From positions 192,001 through 256,000 of the forward strand of contig CAVSHR010000008.1 in NCBI GenBank assembly GCA_963727625.1: a DNA stretch of 64,000 nt, in the 5' to 3' direction. Made by a program: the position numbers and the translations under genes. Source of the stretch: an uncultured delta proteobacterium (GTDB lineage: Bacteria > Desulfobacterota > Binatia > UBA9968). Below, piece after piece: positions 62,210 through 64,000 of this stretch; positions within the stretch are counted from its first letter, which is position 1; every line of letters begins with the position of its first letter. The notes under the pieces were generated by a model. That model had not been told where the DNA came from. It did not search any database and worked only from the letters and a program-made list of their open reading frames with translations.

Positions 62210-62575
62210 GTGAATCCAAAAGATGTCGATTATTTTCGTAACCTACTAAACCAGCGCATCGCCGAGTTGCGCTTAGAGGCCGGTAAGACCGTTGAGACCA
62301 TGGATGAAGATGGGAACTTTCCCGATCCGACAGACCGTGCTTCGATGGAGTCAAACCGAAATTCGATGCTGCGCATGCGCGACCGCGAACGCAAGCTGAT
62401 ATTCAAGATTCAAGAAGCCTTGCAGCGTCTCGAAGACGGTGAATACGGCAATTGCGAGGAATGCGGTGAGGATATAGCCATCGATCGGTTAAAAGCGCGC
62501 CCGGTTACGACGCTGTGCATCGACTGCAAATCTAGCCAGGAAATCGCTGAACGAAAGGCGAAGAAGGTCGTTTAG
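62210..62575 (+). CDS. dksA: RNA polymerase-binding protein DksA
   Basis: DPTDRA..E, RDRERKLI.KI, CEECG...RLKARP..LCIDCK. Confidence 0.93.
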   Translation: MNPKDVDYFRNLLNQRIAELRLEAGKTVETMDEDGNFPDPTDRASMESNRNSMLRMRDRERKLIFKIQEALQRLEDGEYGNCEECGEDIAIDRLKARPVTTLCIDCKSSQEIAERKAKKVV

Positions 62576-62590
62576 ATTGTCAAATACGCC

Positions 62591-63454
62591 ATGAAGTTAA
62601 AAAAAGCAGTCATTCCCGTGGCGGGTCTGGGGACGCGTTTTTTGCCGGCTACCAAGACCGTGCCTAAGGAGCTTTTGCCGATCGTCGATATCCCATCGAT
62701 CCAATATGTCGTGCAGGAAGCGATGGATGCCGGCATCGAAGAAATCATTTTTGTCACCGGGCGCGGCAAAGATGGCATCGAAGATCACTTTGACGATGCG
62801 CCGGAATTGGAGCAAGTGCTGGCCGACCGCGGTCAGACGGAAATGGTCCAGATGCTTCGGCGCATCGCCGAAATGACGGAAGTAGTGTCGGTGCGACAGA
62901 AAAAGCCGCTCGGGCTCGGCCACGCGGTGCTCTGCGCACGCGATCTTGTCGGCGACGAGCCCTTCGCCGTCATGTTGGCCGATGATTTGATCGACAGCGA
63001 AACCCCTTGTATTCGCCAGCTGTTGGAAATTTTCCAAGAAACCAAAGAGTCGGTGGTTGCGCTGATGAAGGTGCCACTCTCGGAGGTGCACCAATACGGC
63101 GTCATCAAGGGTACGCTTCTCAAGCCGCGGCTCTACCAAGTCGATGCGACCGTGGAAAAACCGCCGGCGAAAGAGGCGCCGTCGAGAATGGCTATTATCG
63201 GGCGCTATATCCTGCGGCCGGAAATTTTTACGATTCTGCAAAAGCTCCCGACCGGCAAGGGTGGCGAGATTCAGCTGACCGACGGTTTGGCGCAACTGGT
63301 GCGCGAACGCAAAGTGTTCGGCTGTGAGTTTCTCGGCGATCGTTACGATATTGGCGACAAGTTCGGCTTTGTCCGGGCCACGGTTGCGTACGCGTTGAAA
63401 AGACCCGACTTAAAAGATAAAGTTCTTCAATATTTGAAAACGACTTTTAGCTAA
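62591..63454 (+). CDS. galU: UTP-glucose-1-phosphate uridylyltransferase
   Basis: KAVIPVAGLGTRFLPATK..PKE, GLGHAVL, VEKP, GEIQLTD. Confidence 0.96.
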   Translation: MKLKKAVIPVAGLGTRFLPATKTVPKELLPIVDIPSIQYVVQEAMDAGIEEIIFVTGRGKDGIEDHFDDAPELEQVLADRGQTEMVQMLRRIAEMTEVVSVRQKKPLGLGHAVLCARDLVGDEPFAVMLADDLIDSETPCIRQLLEIFQETKESVVALMKVPLSEVHQYGVIKGTLLKPRLYQVDATVEKPPAKEAPSRMAIIGRYILRPEIFTILQKLPTGKGGEIQLTDGLAQLVRERKVFGCEFLGDRYDIGDKFGFVRATVAYALKRPDLKDKVLQYLKTTFS

Positions 63455-63456
63455 AC

Positions 63457-63532
<76 letters not shown>

Positions 63533-63536
63533 ATTT

Positions 63537-63567
63537 AAAAAAGGCGGGTGAATCACCCGCCTTTTTT
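63537..63567 (+). terminator. Bidirectional intrinsic terminator
   Basis: AAAAAAGGCGGGTG-AAT-CACCCGCCTTTTTT. Confidence 0.9.
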
Positions 63568-63654
63568 ATTATTCGTCATTGACATCGATAGTCCGCTATG
63601 GAAATAGGGACGAAATGAGCACCTTCAAGTTTGAGGCCGTCGGGAGGAGATCGG

Positions 63655-64000
63655 ATGGCAAGTTGGCTCTGGATCAGCTCATCAATCCTGCTTTGTCTTC
63701 AGTGGATAGTGATCCATTTTGCCGGGGTTCCTCTCGCGCCGGAACTCCAGGCCCTTAGCTCGGGTGTTGCGATCTTCGGCGCCGCGTTCGCCTTATCTTG
63801 GGCAGCGGAACTGGCGCAGAAAGATATCCCCCAGGCCCTAGCCATCGCGCTTCTCGCCCTCATTGCAGTGCTGCCGGAATATGCCGTCGATATGTATTTC
63901 GCATGGACTGCCGGCAAAGATCCCCAATACACTGCGTTTGCGACGGCCAATATGACCGGCGCAAATCGGCTTTTGATCGGGGTCGGCTGGGCCGCCGTTG
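63655..64000 (+). CDS. Ca2+/cation antiporter (CaCA family), partial at window edge
   Basis: Manual translation includes ALIAVLPEYAVD...ANMTGANRLLIG (alpha-1 repeat); RBS GGAGGAG. Confidence 0.8.
   Translation, partial: MASWLWISSSILLCLQWIVIHFAGVPLAPELQALSSGVAIFGAAFALSWAAELAQKDIPQALAIALLALIAVLPEYAVDMYFAWTAGKDPQYTAFATANMTGANRLLIGVGWAAV

Overview
High-GC Gram-negative bacterial chromosome segment. Gene content and intergenic style resemble Deltaproteobacteria-like lineages such as Ca. Binatota, which is an inference only. Most of the window is housekeeping or metabolic: an Mla/Mce ABC operon, a Phd-ParE/RelE TA pair, molybdopterin and flavin oxidoreductases, mfd-surA-pdxA-PMM-uvrA, a mosaic isc/suf cluster with an IscR-type site, eno, nth, surE, cinA, pepF, purHDE-tsaC, alr, rubrerythrin-DUF3501-PerR, dksA, galU and tRNA-Ala(CGC). 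The standout is an approximately 10.8 kb minus-strand island at about 42,540-53,340. In it, copies of a RAYT/IS200-like HUH (Y1) transposase, each bracketed by an 18-bp inverted repeat with a palindromic core, alternate with 5'-truncated Rhs/polymorphic-toxin tips and their immunity genes. There are 3 intact copies, 2 large fragments and 1 micro-remnant. Elements sit at module boundaries with recurrent CCC(C/T)ATTCC junctions. This looks like an integron-like toxin/immunity cassette archive built by an HUH transposase. Other oddities are a membrane-anchored TIR-Ig-TPR protein, a GcvH-like protein lacking the lipoyl lysine, SufB without SufC/D, and scattered single-base frameshifts that may be sequencing errors. 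All product calls come from motif recognition without database searches.
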